Below, piece after piece: positions 29,650 to 40,078 of a stretch of DNA of 64,000 nucleotides. A program made the position numbers and the translations under genes. Numbering within the stretch: the first letter of the stretch is position 1; each line of letters opens with the position of its first letter. This DNA comes from Desulfobacteraceae bacterium (lineage in GTDB: Bacteria; Desulfobacterota; Desulfobacteria; Desulfobacterales; Desulfosalsimonadaceae): contig JAABSL010000111.1 in the NCBI GenBank assembly GCA_011390415.1, positions 4,925 through 68,924 on the forward strand. The letters are read 5' to 3'. Under the pieces are notes generated by a model. That model was not told where the DNA came from. It ran no database searches and saw only the letters and a list, made by a program, of their open reading frames with translations.

Positions 29650-30571
29650 TGCGCATTCCTCCTGCCACAAGATATAAAAGCGCCATACGCAGCGCAACGC
29701 CGTTGGTTACCTGGCACAAAATAACCGAATTAATATGGTCTGCGACCTCCGGTGTAATCTCAACGCCCCTGTTCAAAGGCCCGGGATGCATAATCAACGC
29801 ATCCGGCTTTGCTTTTTCCAGTCTTTTCATGCTCAGACCATATCGGTTTGCGTATTCACGCTCACTGGGAAATAAAAATCGCTGCTGCCGTTCTTTTTGA
29901 ATCCGGAGCATCATGATGACGTCCGCTCCGGAAATCGCCTCGTCAAAATCATAGGTAACATCGGCACCCAGCGCTTCGACCCCTTTGGGTATCATTGTGG
30001 GCGGCCCTGACAGCCGGACACAGGCGCCCATCCTGGTGAATCCGATAATATTGGATCGGGCCACCCGGCTGTGGGCAATATCACCGACAATGGCAATCTG
30101 AAGCCCGGCTAAATCCTTTTTATGTTCCCTGACCGTCATCATATCCAGCAGCGCCTGTGTGGGATGCGCATGCATTCCGTCACCGGCGTTGATAATGGGT
30201 GTGGCAATTTTTCGGGACAATAAATAAGGCGTTCCGGCACAGGAATGGCGCATGACAATGACATCCGGATTCATTGATTCAAGGTTCCGGGCCGTATCAA
30301 CCAGGGTCTCGCCTTTGACCAGGCTGCTGGTGGCAGCGGAGATGGAGATCGCGTCCGCGGACAACCTTTTGGCGGCAATGTCAAAGGATACCCGTGTCCG
30401 CGTACTGGGTTCATAAAAAAAAAGGACGACGGTTTTTCCCCTCAGCGTGGGAACTTTTTTGATGGATCGCTGAGAAATTTCCTTTAAACCGTCCGCAGTA
30501 TCCAAAATCGACGTTATTTCATCAACCCTCAGGGATTCGATATCAAGAATATCTTTTCTGTTCCATGTCAT
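29633..30571 (-). CDS. pyrB: Aspartate carbamoyltransferase catalytic subunit
   Basis: [17 protein letters not shown]. Confidence 0.95.
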   Translation of the reverse strand: MTWNRKDILDIESLRVDEITSILDTADGLKEISQRSIKKVPTLRGKTVVLFFYEPSTRTRVSFDIAAKRLSADAISISAATSSLVKGETLVDTARNLESMNPDVIVMRHSCAGTPYLLSRKIATPIINAGDGMHAHPTQALLDMMTVREHKKDLAGLQIAIVGDIAHSRVARSNIIGFTRMGACVRLSGPPTMIPKGVEALGADVTYDFDEAISGADVIMMLRIQKERQQRFLFPSEREYANRYGLSMKRLEKAKPDALIMHPGPLNRGVEITPEVADHINSVILCQVTNGVALRMALLYLVAGGMRNAADH

Positions 30572-30583
30572 GATATTATCGCC

Positions 30584-31243
30584 CTATTTTAACATTGACC
30601 CGATTCTGCCCCAGCGGACACCGAAATTATCGCTGTCCCAGGACCAGTATATAATAAAGGCCTTGCCTTTTATGGAACGTTCCTCCACAAATCCCCAGAA
30701 ACGACTGTCATAGCTGTTGTCCCGATTATCCCCCATGACAAAGTAAGCATCAGCCGGTACTTTTACCGGTTCCAGATTATCGCGATGATTGACCTGGCCG
30801 GATAATACCCGGGAGTCCGTATGAACGCCGACATCATTTTCAACCGGGACATTATTGACATAAATCGTTTTATTTTTAATTTCTACACGGTCACCGGGAA
30901 CACCGATTACCCGCTTGATAAAATCCTTATCCGGATCTTCGGGATATCTGAAAACAATGATATCTCCGTGGTCCGGATTTGTAAATGAAATGATTGTTTT
31001 ACCGATATAAGGGACCTTGACGCCGTAAATAAATTTGTTGACCAGAATATGATCGCCGATTTCCAGAGTGGGCTGCATTGAGCCGGAAGGAATTTTAAAG
31101 GCCTGAACCACAAAGGTACGAATAAAAAGCGCCAGAATGATCGCGATAACAATCGCTTCGACATTTTCCCTGAACTTGCTTTTTGTTTTTATATCTTTTT
31201 TTGAATCTGTCTTATTCTTGTTCACAACTGCTTTTGCATTCAA
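30584..31243 (-). CDS. lepB: Signal peptidase I
   Basis: SGSMQPTL (catalytic Ser), KRVIG, GDNRDNSYDSR. Confidence 0.9.
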   Translation of the reverse strand: MNAKAVVNKNKTDSKKDIKTKSKFRENVEAIVIAIILALFIRTFVVQAFKIPSGSMQPTLEIGDHILVNKFIYGVKVPYIGKTIISFTNPDHGDIIVFRYPEDPDKDFIKRVIGVPGDRVEIKNKTIYVNNVPVENDVGVHTDSRVLSGQVNHRDNLEPVKVPADAYFVMGDNRDNSYDSRFWGFVEERSIKGKAFIIYWSWDSDNFGVRWGRIGSMLK

Positions 31244-31308
31244 TCCGGTTATGCCTCACCTGTAGTATGATTAAAAAAATGCCTGGTTTAAGAAAAAAAT
31301 GTCAATGA

Positions 31309-32478
31309 TCAGCTGACCGGAAGGGTAAACTGCGGTTCACCGAGCAGAAACTTTTTACTTAAAATCCAGTCTTTTAATATTTGGGCAATCTCGCGCGCCC
31401 GGGCAACGCTGGAAAGGGGCACGGTGGGAACTTCTTTGCCGTTGAAAGTAATCATCCCTGATTTCAATGCCTCGTAAGTCACAAACCCGTGATTTTTATT
31501 GATGCCATTGGGATAGTCATGACTGTAATCCACAATCTGGACTTCGATGTCTTTGTCCGAAACAGCCGTGAATTGCGCCATTTCTTCATTTAACACCGGT
31601 ATGGGCACGCCGATGCCGACAGCAAGGGAAATGCCGTATCCCCGTAGGCTGACACCGACAATCCAGTCAGGGGTCATCTGTTTAAGATCGCCCATCACCC
31701 ACAGGGTGCCTGCCGGTGTTTTGGGAATGCCCTTTTCGTTTCGCGGGGCCGCAGGATTGTGCTGGGTGCCATGCCAGGTCACATACCCTTCACCGCCCCC
31801 CAAAAAAATCCGGGTACCGAGTCCGATGGTTTTGTAATACGGATCATTGAACAGGGGGCTCAACTGGCCGGAAGTGGAATAATTGGCATTGCCCACCTTG
31901 GGTTTTAAGGTACCCATGTACGTATAAATGGTTTTATTGGAAAGATTGATTCCGCAATTGTAATTCTGATATCCGTTGCGGGGATTACAAAGCGTTGCCT
32001 GCCGCAAATCAGATAGCCGGACGTCTTTTTCAAATTCGCGATTCGGGTAACATGACGTACCATATCCGGTGGCTTTCAAATGAACCTTTTTGCCGGCCAC
32101 CAGATCCTGAATCACATGCCCGCCGCCGTAATTGAATTCACCCGGCCAGACCTTGTTTAACGGATCTTCGAGACAGGGTTCCGTGGCCCCGATGTAACAA
32201 TCCACCGCAGCCAGCCCGCCGTAGGCCGGCACATTATTCAACCAGACCTGTGACGCTTTAATGGTTGGCACGGATTGCCCGAAATTTATAAACGCGCCGG
32301 ACGAACACATGGGGGCAAACGTGGCAGTGGTAACGATATCAACGGATTCGGCCGCTTTTACCGCCCCTTTTTCGTTTACAATATCCACCATCTCATCCGC
32401 ATTAACGACCACCACCTGGCCGGATCGGATCTTGTCATTGATCTCTTTATATGTCTTGTTTACCTTGAATTTGGACAT
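31309..32478 (-). CDS. DUF39/COG1900 homocysteine biosynthesis protein (aspartate-semialdehyde sulfurtransferase-like, methanogen MA1821 type)
   Basis: 389 aa. The N-terminal KTYKEINDKI..G..VV..A.E and overall length and composition match DUF39 proteins as I recall them. The NIL-ferredoxin partner is found elsewhere in the window (54777). Confidence 0.75.
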   Translation of the reverse strand: MSKFKVNKTYKEINDKIRSGQVVVVNADEMVDIVNEKGAVKAAESVDIVTTATFAPMCSSGAFINFGQSVPTIKASQVWLNNVPAYGGLAAVDCYIGATEPCLEDPLNKVWPGEFNYGGGHVIQDLVAGKKVHLKATGYGTSCYPNREFEKDVRLSDLRQATLCNPRNGYQNYNCGINLSNKTIYTYMGTLKPKVGNANYSTSGQLSPLFNDPYYKTIGLGTRIFLGGGEGYVTWHGTQHNPAAPRNEKGIPKTPAGTLWVMGDLKQMTPDWIVGVSLRGYGISLAVGIGVPIPVLNEEMAQFTAVSDKDIEVQIVDYSHDYPNGINKNHGFVTYEALKSGMITFNGKEVPTVPLSSVARAREIAQILKDWILSKKFLLGEPQFTLPVS

Positions 32479-32519
32479 TTGTCATTGCTTTCCTTAGAGC
32501 ATCCGTTTGAAAATATCGA

Positions 32520-33911
32520 TCACTGCGCCATGGCCTGTACCGACTCGATCTTGCTGGTAATATTATTATATATCCACGACGAATCCCACCATTCGACCGG
32601 ATTGACAAACACATGGTCAATAAACATGCCGAAATGCAGATGATCGCCGCCTGCCAGACCGGTGGTTCCGGTATAACCGATGATATCTCCGCGTTCAACC
32701 AGTTCGTCTTTGCCGACCGTCATGCGGCTGAGATGGGCATATATGCTCATTAACCCGCACCCGTGATCAATGCAGACAAGGTTACCGTAAATGCCGACGT
32801 AATCGGCAAACACAATCTTTCCCCGGTTGGCGGCCGGGATTTCGGCATGCTTGACAGAGGCCAGGTCAATGCCCATATGCACCGCATTGCTGACAACATT
32901 TCCATTGTGCGTGTAAACCCGCTGATCTCCGAAATTTGCCCTTCTGGCTGAATTGGGCAGCCGTCCGAAAAAGTCCTGCCAGAACAGCCGGTTTTCGGTT
33001 TTCTGGCCGTTTGAAAGGATTGTATGATTATTTCTTTTCCGCAGTTCACCATTGATAAAAATAAACTGGTCTTCAGGGGATTTTTCAGACGGAACCCCCT
33101 CCACGGACTGGAATTCCGGAAGCTTCATGTTTAAAAAATTTTCAGAAATATTAATCGTGTCCGTCTTAAATTTTTTCTCCCGAAGATGATAATAAAATCC
33201 GCTTTTGGATTCATTTCCTGCCGCATCAACGGCCCGAACAAAGATATCGCCCTGTTTTTCATAATCCACCGGAATGGCAAAAAAGGCCAGATAAATGCTG
33301 GTGTCATTAAAATGTCCGGGATATCCGGGGAAAAAATCTTCTCCCACCAGAACGCCGCTGTGGGGACATTTTTCTGATAATTTATAGATCACCAGTCCGG
33401 CGCCGCCCCGGGTCACATTGTGCTGCGTGCTGAGAACAGACAACACCGGAGCCCGGGTGTCAAATACGATTTCTTTTTCCAGATAGGCCTGGTTGCCGCC
33501 CCACCAGTTTCGCCAGGCATAATCCCAGGCGGCGATCCGCAATTTTGCGGGACCGTCCGAAAGGTTCAGTTTTTTGGCATTAACCTGCTGTGCGATGGGG
33601 ACGCGGCGGACCGTCCCTTTGCCGAAATATCCGTCTGACGGGTAGGCTTCATCAAAAAGCACCGTTTCCTTGCCGTCTTGCAAAATCCCGATCCAGAGTC
33701 TTTTTAAGCCGCTTTTGCCGTCATCCACATTGCCGGTAATTTCAAAATCCGCCGGAACCACCGCAGACGCAAGGTTCAAATCGATAACCGGTTTTTCACC
33801 TTCAAATTTTACAACTACGATCCAGATTAAAGGAACAATCACTGCGATGGTAAAAATAACAATCAACCATTTTTTTAAATTTTTACCCTTGTTCCGTTTT
33901 TTAAACATCAT
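32520..33911 (-). CDS. M23 family metallopeptidase with N-terminal membrane anchor
   Basis: N-terminal TM (WLIVIFTIAVIVPLIWIVVV). C-terminal LytM motifs HMGIDLA ... GGDHLHFGM. Confidence 0.8.
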   Translation of the reverse strand: MMFKKRNKGKNLKKWLIVIFTIAVIVPLIWIVVVKFEGEKPVIDLNLASAVVPADFEITGNVDDGKSGLKRLWIGILQDGKETVLFDEAYPSDGYFGKGTVRRVPIAQQVNAKKLNLSDGPAKLRIAAWDYAWRNWWGGNQAYLEKEIVFDTRAPVLSVLSTQHNVTRGGAGLVIYKLSEKCPHSGVLVGEDFFPGYPGHFNDTSIYLAFFAIPVDYEKQGDIFVRAVDAAGNESKSGFYYHLREKKFKTDTINISENFLNMKLPEFQSVEGVPSEKSPEDQFIFINGELRKRNNHTILSNGQKTENRLFWQDFFGRLPNSARRANFGDQRVYTHNGNVVSNAVHMGIDLASVKHAEIPAANRGKIVFADYVGIYGNLVCIDHGCGLMSIYAHLSRMTVGKDELVERGDIIGYTGTTGLAGGDHLHFGMFIDHVFVNPVEWWDSSWIYNNITSKIESVQAMAQ

Positions 33912-34189
33912 ATAACCACTCCCGATACGTCGTCCGAAAAATAAATTTTTTTCTACTTAACAGTTATAACAACTGTTAGCAAGGCCTTATTTTCGTAACT
34001 TGACTTTTGAAAAATCGCAGGGTAACAGGTGCAATAAGTTTAAAATTTATTTTTGATGCAACCGGTTCGGCATAGGACTTGCACAATTTACAAAAATTAC
34101 ATGAGACACTTTACCGGTTTGCGATTGCCGGATTCGTATCAGGCACTATTTCAATGATGGCAAGGCGACTCAGAGGAGACACAGAAAAA

Positions 34190-35008
34190 ATGATTAACCC
34201 GGTCGATATAGGCGCCATTCGCGTTGGCCGCCCTGAACCCTTTATCCTGATTTCAGGGCCCTGCGTGATTGAAGATGCGCAAACCACATTTGACATTGCC
34301 GCAGAGCTGAAACAACTGACCCGGCGGCTCGGCATTCCGTTTATCTTCAAAGCCTCCTATGACAAGGCCAACAGAACATCGATTGATTCGTTCCGGGGGC
34401 CGGGCATTCAAAAAGGGCTTGAAGTTCTCTCATCCATTCGCAAAGAACTGGAAATCCCGGTTATCTCCGATGTGCATCAGATCAGTGAAATCGAAATGGC
34501 GGCAGAATCGCTTGATGTTCTACAAATTCCGGCATTTTTATGCCGGCAGACCGATCTGGTTGTGGCTGCGGCCAACACCGGAAAACCGGTTAATGTGAAA
34601 AAAGGACAATTTTTAGCGCCCTGGGATATGAAAAATGTGGTGAATAAAATTTTATCCACGGGCAATAAAAAAATCATTCTGACCGACCGGGGGGCTTCCT
34701 TTGGCTACAACAACCTGGTAACCGACTTCCGATGCATCCCCATCATGCATGAAACCGGATGTCCCGTAATTTATGACGCCACCCACAGCGTTCAGCTGCC
34801 CGGCGGTGCCGGTTCCGCTTCGGCAGGTCAGCGAGAGTATGTTCCCTTGCTTTCCCGGGCCGCCATTGCCGCAGGTGCGGATGGTCTGTTCATTGAAACC
34901 CACAAAAATCCTGAAAAGGCACTTTCCGATGGTCCGAATTCCATGCGGCTGGAGGACCTTGAAGCCTTGCTGGTCCAGTTAAAAGCCATTGAAAACGCGT
35001 TGTCATAA
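34190..35008 (+). CDS. kdsA: 3-deoxy-8-phosphooctulonate (KDO-8-P) synthase
   Basis: 272 aa from ATG 34190 (GGAGA upstream). KASYDKANR, DVH, QIPAFLCRQTDL, DATHSVQ. The ORF-track TTG 34079 would add a non-conserved 37-aa extension. Confidence 0.9.
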   Translation: MINPVDIGAIRVGRPEPFILISGPCVIEDAQTTFDIAAELKQLTRRLGIPFIFKASYDKANRTSIDSFRGPGIQKGLEVLSSIRKELEIPVISDVHQISEIEMAAESLDVLQIPAFLCRQTDLVVAAANTGKPVNVKKGQFLAPWDMKNVVNKILSTGNKKIILTDRGASFGYNNLVTDFRCIPIMHETGCPVIYDATHSVQLPGGAGSASAGQREYVPLLSRAAIAAGADGLFIETHKNPEKALSDGPNSMRLEDLEALLVQLKAIENALS

Positions 35009-35093
35009 ATCGATTCAATTTTACAAAAAATATTTGATATTTAATAAAATATCAATATATTAATTCTAATTTTATAAATTACTGCATGAGCTA

Positions 35094-35621
35094 ATGGACG
35101 ATTCAAGACTTCAAAAAATTAAACTGCTGCTGCTGGATGTTGACGGCGTTCTGACCGGCGGTCATATTATCTACTCCGCAGCCGGTGCCGGATCAGGTAT
35201 TGAAACAAAAATATTCAATGTAAAAGACGGACTCGGCATCAAACTGCTGCAGTCTGCCGGAATTAATGTCGGCATTGTCACGGGCCGGACTTCGGAAGCC
35301 CTTTTATGCCGATGCAGAGACCTGGGCATTACCATAATTTATGACGGCGTCAAAGCAAAAGGCGAGATTTTTGATACGGTTTTATCTGCAGCAAACCTTT
35401 GCCCGGAAGCTGTTGCGTTTGTCGGCGATGACCTGCCCGATCTTTCCCTGATGAAAAAAGTGGGCGTCAGCATTGCTGTGGCCGATGCCCATGACGCGGT
35501 CAAAAACAAAGCAGACATTGTCACCCGTCGAAACGGCGGGGACGGTGCTGTGAGAGAAATCTGCGAAATGATACTGGATGCCAGAAATCTGCTTGAAGAG
35601 ATCATTGAAAATTGCCAGTAA
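35094..35621 (+). CDS. kdsC: KDO-8-phosphate phosphatase (HAD family)
   Basis: LLLLDVDGVLTGG, GIVTGR, FVGDDLPD. Confidence 0.85.
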   Translation: MDDSRLQKIKLLLLDVDGVLTGGHIIYSAAGAGSGIETKIFNVKDGLGIKLLQSAGINVGIVTGRTSEALLCRCRDLGITIIYDGVKAKGEIFDTVLSAANLCPEAVAFVGDDLPDLSLMKKVGVSIAVADAHDAVKNKADIVTRRNGGDGAVREICEMILDARNLLEEIIENCQ

Positions 35622-36193
35622 AACCAAAAAACAGCACCCGAAAGATTAATTTTATCATCATCGGTTTTATTATTATTCTGATCGCAGGGATTCTGTTTAT
35701 TTTTGCCAGGCACCGGCTGATATTAAAACAAATCGATCCGCCGGTCCCGCCTGAAAAGACGGAAGCCGACCTTACCATAAAAAAGTTTCATCATGTGGCA
35801 ACCGAAAACGGCATTAAAAAATGGACACTGGAAGCTGCGTCCGCGCGTTTGTATTCACCCAAAAATATCGTTGAATTAAATGATATTTCCGTGATTTTTT
35901 TTATGGAAGACAGTGAGGAGGTCCGGTTAACGGCTGATTCCGGTGAATTAAATTCCCAAACCAATGACATGGTTCTTAATGGCCACATTGTGGGCGTGAT
36001 GCCCCCTTACCGCCTGACAACCGAAAGCTTGAATTATGATCACCGTTCGCGTATAATATCTGCCACTGCACCGGTGGATATTATCGGTGATGCAATGCAG
36101 CTGAAAGCAGACACCATGGATTACGGGCTTAAATCAAAAATCATCAAATGCAGTGGAAACGTGGAAGGAACATTTGTTGAAAACAATCATTAG
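35612..36193 (+). CDS. lptC: LPS export system protein LptC
   Basis: Single N-terminal TM followed by an OstA-like beta-jellyroll-length domain, positioned between kdsC and lptA. TTG start, uncertain. Confidence 0.7.
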   Translation: MPVKPKNSTRKINFIIIGFIIILIAGILFIFARHRLILKQIDPPVPPEKTEADLTIKKFHHVATENGIKKWTLEAASARLYSPKNIVELNDISVIFFMEDSEEVRLTADSGELNSQTNDMVLNGHIVGVMPPYRLTTESLNYDHRSRIISATAPVDIIGDAMQLKADTMDYGLKSKIIKCSGNVEGTFVENNH

Positions 36194-36773
36194 CTATCTG
36201 CCGTTTAATCTGACCGGCGTGTTCACGGGGCTGGGGGTCTTGTGGCTGTTGTGTTGTCCGTGGCCGGTTCTGTCCCAGGACATTGAACAACCGGATATAG
36301 AACAGCAAAGGACGGCCGCGGATTTAACCCGTCTTCACATTACCGCCGACAACCTGGTGGCCAACCAGAACACCCGGCATATTATTTTTTCAGGTCATGT
36401 GATCGCACTCTATGATGGGAAAAAGATTACATCCGAAAAATTGCAGGTTTTTTATGACGATCAGGCCGGCACCGTACCCATTGATACGGTCGATAATTCC
36501 GGTATTAAAAAAATTATTGCCTCGGGAAATGTCGAAATTTTATTTGAAGACAAAACCGGTCTGTGCGACCAGGCGGTGTATGTTGCCGCTACAAATTCAA
36601 TGGTTTTAACCGGCAAGGAGGTGCGGCTGCAAAGTCAAACCAGTTATATCACCGGCAGTAAAATAACAATCTATCAGGATAGCGGCCAGATTATTGTTGA
36701 CGGAGACAATGGAAAAAGGGTCAATGCGGTATTTCAACCGGAAGAAAAACATTCGATTACTGATCAGAAATGA
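36153..36773 (+). CDS. lptA: LPS transport periplasmic protein LptA (OstA family)
   Basis: Signal peptide, then ITADNL....N...F.G.V repeats typical of OstA_N. ATGA overlap with lptB at 36770-36773. The start codon (GTG 36153 or TTG ~36177) is uncertain. Confidence 0.75.
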   Translation: METWKEHLLKTIISYLPFNLTGVFTGLGVLWLLCCPWPVLSQDIEQPDIEQQRTAADLTRLHITADNLVANQNTRHIIFSGHVIALYDGKKITSEKLQVFYDDQAGTVPIDTVDNSGIKKIIASGNVEILFEDKTGLCDQAVYVAATNSMVLTGKEVRLQSQTSYITGSKITIYQDSGQIIVDGDNGKRVNAVFQPEEKHSITDQK

Positions 36774-37492
36774 CAACCCTGGCTTTAAAAAATCTCGTAA
36801 AAATATATAATAAACGGCGGGTCGTCAACGATGTCAGCCTGGAGATCAACAGTGGAGAGGTTGTGGGCCTGCTGGGTCCCAATGGTGCCGGCAAAACCAC
36901 CACTTTCTATATGACCGTGGGGTTAATAAAACCGGATGCCGGAAATGTCTCTATTGATTCCGAAGAAATCACTGATTATCCTATGTACAAACGGGCCAGA
37001 AAAGGGGTCGGTTATTTACCCCAGGAACCGTCGATTTTCAAGAAACTTACGGTTAAAGATAATTTAATGGCAATTCTTGAATCATTACCCATATCCAGAA
37101 ATGAACAATTGAATAAAGCAGACGGACTTTTAGACGAACTCGGCATCAAGCGGCTTTCTTCGCAAAAAGCAGCGGTTCTCTCCGGCGGTGAACGCAGACG
37201 GCTTGAAATCACAAGGGCGCTGGCCACGGATCCGTCTTTTATTCTGCTGGATGAGCCCTTTGCCGGTGTTGACCCACTAGCTGTCATTGATATCCAGAAT
37301 ATTATAAAACATCTTGCCAGACGCAGCATCGGTGTGGTGATATCCGACCATAATGTACGGGAAACCCTCGGGGTATGTGACAGAGCCTACATTTTAAGCA
37401 ATGGACAGGTCGTTGAATCCGGATCACCCGGGAAAATCGCCGCCAGCCCGACGGCCCGTGAAATTTATTTAGGATCTGAATTCAAATTATAA
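36770..37492 (+). CDS. lptB: LPS export ABC transporter ATP-binding protein
   Basis: GPNGAGKTT, LSGGERRRLEI, LLDEPFAGVDP. Confidence 0.95.
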   Translation: MTTLALKNLVKIYNKRRVVNDVSLEINSGEVVGLLGPNGAGKTTTFYMTVGLIKPDAGNVSIDSEEITDYPMYKRARKGVGYLPQEPSIFKKLTVKDNLMAILESLPISRNEQLNKADGLLDELGIKRLSSQKAAVLSGGERRRLEITRALATDPSFILLDEPFAGVDPLAVIDIQNIIKHLARRSIGVVISDHNVRETLGVCDRAYILSNGQVVESGSPGKIAASPTAREIYLGSEFKL

Positions 37493-37495
37493 ACT

Positions 37496-38917
37496 ATGGC
37501 AATTGAACTCCAACAAAATCTCCGGCTGCAGCAGCAGCTGGTCATGACGCCCCAGCTCCAGATGGCCATCAAGCTGCTCCAGCTTTCCAAGCTTGAGCTG
37601 GTGGAAATGATTCAGCAGGAAATTGAAACAAATCCCACCCTTGAAGACGTGCATATTGTTTCAGCAGATGAAGAAACTGAAAAAACCGATGCCGATCGGT
37701 TGACAACAAAAGAAGTAACTATCGAGGAAAAATTCGATAATTATCTGGATTGGCACAATTATATTGATGAATACAATTCCACCGGCAAAATTCATTATGA
37801 AGGTGAACGCAAGGACTCGCCGGACCTTGAGGCGTATACCACCAGCAAAACATCACTGGCGGACCATCTTCGCTGGCAGCTTTTAATGACTCAGCCCACG
37901 CCCGACGAAGAAGAAATCGGCAGTCTGATTATCGGAAACATAAACAAGGACGGCTATTTAGATACGTCAATTGAAGATATCGCCCGAATCAGTCATCATT
38001 CGGATGAAAAAATCCGTCAAATGGTGTCACGGATTCAATCGTTTGATCCACCCGGCGTTGGCGCAGCAGACCTTAAGGAATGTCTGCTGCTGCAGCTCAA
38101 TTATCTGGAAATCGAAAACCCGCTGGTCCGGGATATTATCCAATATCATCTGAAAGAGCTGGAGACCAAACAATATAAAATCATCGTTAAATCATTAAAA
38201 TCAGACATTAACAGTGTGGTCGAAGCGATTCGGATTATCAAATCCCTGGATCCGAAACCCGGAGATAAATATAATGACGACCAGCTGATTTATATTACGC
38301 CGGATGTCTATGTGTATAAGGAAGGCGATGACTACCTGATTCTGATGAATGATGACGACATGCCGAAACTCCATATTAATTCATATTATAGAAAAGCGGT
38401 CCGCCGGGGTGAAAAAATTGAGGACGAAACAAAGACATATCTTAAAGACCGTCTGCGCTCAGCCGAATGGCTGATCAAAAGCATTCATCATCGCCGGAAA
38501 ACCATTTACAATGTCATGGAAAGCATCGTCAAATTTCAGCGGGACTTTTTTGATCACGGCATTGCGCACCTCAAACCCATGGTGCTGCGAGATGTCGCTG
38601 ATGACATCGAAATGCACGAGTCCACCATCAGCCGGGTCACCAACAATAAATATGCGTATACCCCCCAGGGGATTTTCGAACTGAAATTCTTTTTTAACAG
38701 TTCCATTAACCGTTCAAACGGCGGCTCAATTGCGTCGGCCAGTGTTCAGGACAAAATCAAAAAACTCATTGAAACGGAAAACCATAAAAAACCCTTTAGT
38801 GACAAAAAAATTACGGAAATTTTAGAGGCTTCTGATATTCATATTGCCAGACGCACTGTGGCAAAATACAGGGAAATGATGGGAATTCTCCCTTCGAGTA
38901 AACGCAAACAATATTGA
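37496..38917 (+). CDS. rpoN: RNA polymerase sigma-54 factor
   Basis: Gln/Leu-rich region I (LQQQLVMTPQLQMAIKLLQLS), an HTH, and the RpoN box ARRTVAKYR. Confidence 0.95.
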   Translation: MAIELQQNLRLQQQLVMTPQLQMAIKLLQLSKLELVEMIQQEIETNPTLEDVHIVSADEETEKTDADRLTTKEVTIEEKFDNYLDWHNYIDEYNSTGKIHYEGERKDSPDLEAYTTSKTSLADHLRWQLLMTQPTPDEEEIGSLIIGNINKDGYLDTSIEDIARISHHSDEKIRQMVSRIQSFDPPGVGAADLKECLLLQLNYLEIENPLVRDIIQYHLKELETKQYKIIVKSLKSDINSVVEAIRIIKSLDPKPGDKYNDDQLIYITPDVYVYKEGDDYLILMNDDDMPKLHINSYYRKAVRRGEKIEDETKTYLKDRLRSAEWLIKSIHHRRKTIYNVMESIVKFQRDFFDHGIAHLKPMVLRDVADDIEMHESTISRVTNNKYAYTPQGIFELKFFFNSSINRSNGGSIASASVQDKIKKLIETENHKKPFSDKKITEILEASDIHIARRTVAKYREMMGILPSSKRKQY

Positions 38918-38931
38918 GGAGGATAAAATTT

Positions 38932-39486
38932 ATGCAGATATCGGTTACATTTAAGAACATCGATCCCTCCGAACACCTGAAGTCCTATGTGCAAAACAAA
39001 CTAAACAAGCTGGACAAACTGCTCGACAATCCAGCTGAAGCCAACGTGGTGCTTTCTGTTGAAAAAATCCGCCATATTGCGGAAATCAAAATCATCGGCG
39101 ACCGACTGAACATTAATTGCCGGGAAAAAACCGGAGATATGTATTCATCCATCGACATGGCGATGGACAAACTTGAAAAACAAATCAAAAAAAATAAACA
39201 AAAAATCAAAAATCATCGGCAGGGGTCACGATCCGAGACCAAAGATCGCCAGTCTTTGCCGGAGGATTTATCATCAATGCCTCCGGATGCTGCAGATGAA
39301 AGCAGTATACCGCAAATCAGAGTTGAAAATATTGATTTCAAACCAATGGACGTGGAAGAAGCAAGCCTGCAAATGGATCTTGTCCCGGATAACTTTATTG
39401 TCTTTACAAATTCAATATCCAATCAAGTCAATGTCATTTATCGAAAAGCAAACGGCGACCTGGGAGTTATTCAGCCGAGAAATTAA
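38932..39486 (+). CDS. hpf: Ribosome hibernation promoting factor, long form
   Basis: AGGAGG RBS. MQISVTFKNIDPSEHLK... (S30AE N-domain) plus a C-terminal dimerisation domain (KPMDVEEA...FTN). Confidence 0.9.
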   Translation: MQISVTFKNIDPSEHLKSYVQNKLNKLDKLLDNPAEANVVLSVEKIRHIAEIKIIGDRLNINCREKTGDMYSSIDMAMDKLEKQIKKNKQKIKNHRQGSRSETKDRQSLPEDLSSMPPDAADESSIPQIRVENIDFKPMDVEEASLQMDLVPDNFIVFTNSISNQVNVIYRKANGDLGVIQPRN

Positions 39487-39528
39487 TGCTTTTTCCTATT
39501 ACTAACATTAAATTATATACCCGTTAAA

Positions 39529-39987
39529 ATGAATATACTCGATTTTCTTGATCCGAAAAATATTAACACTGAACTGAAAGCCACTGATAAAAAAGGGGTC
39601 CTTGAAGAACTGACCCTTCCGGTGTCAGAAATCACAAAAATTGAACACAAACAACTGGTAACAGTTCTGATTGAGCGGGAACGCCTTGGCAGTACCGGTA
39701 TCGGAAACGGCATCGGCATCCCTCACGGTAAACTCAAAAACCTGCCCACACTGATTTTAGGGGTCGGCCTGAGCCGGAAAGGAGTCAATTTTGATGCAAT
39801 GGACAATAAGCCGACCCATATTTTCTTTTTGCTGCTCACCCCGGACAATTCAACGGATCTTCACCTGAAACTGTTGGCCCGAATCTCTAAAATTTTAAAA
39901 GAAAATTCATTTAAGGAGAAACTGTTGGCGGCAAAGGATAAGGATGAAGTCATGCGCTTAATACAAGACATTGACGAAGATTTTTAA
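39529..39987 (+). CDS. ptsN: PTS-Ntr EIIA (nitrogen regulatory protein PtsN)
   Basis: Fructose/Ntr-type EIIA with the phosphorylatable His in GNGIGIPHGK. Canonical position after hpf. Confidence 0.85.
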   Translation: MNILDFLDPKNINTELKATDKKGVLEELTLPVSEITKIEHKQLVTVLIERERLGSTGIGNGIGIPHGKLKNLPTLILGVGLSRKGVNFDAMDNKPTHIFFLLLTPDNSTDLHLKLLARISKILKENSFKEKLLAAKDKDEVMRLIQDIDEDF

Positions 39988-40078
39988 TGATGCCTTACTG
40001 TTGCATCGTCCGAGATCAACACCTGTTTCATAAAACCGGATCCAAACCAGACACACGCAGATCTTCATCACACGAATA

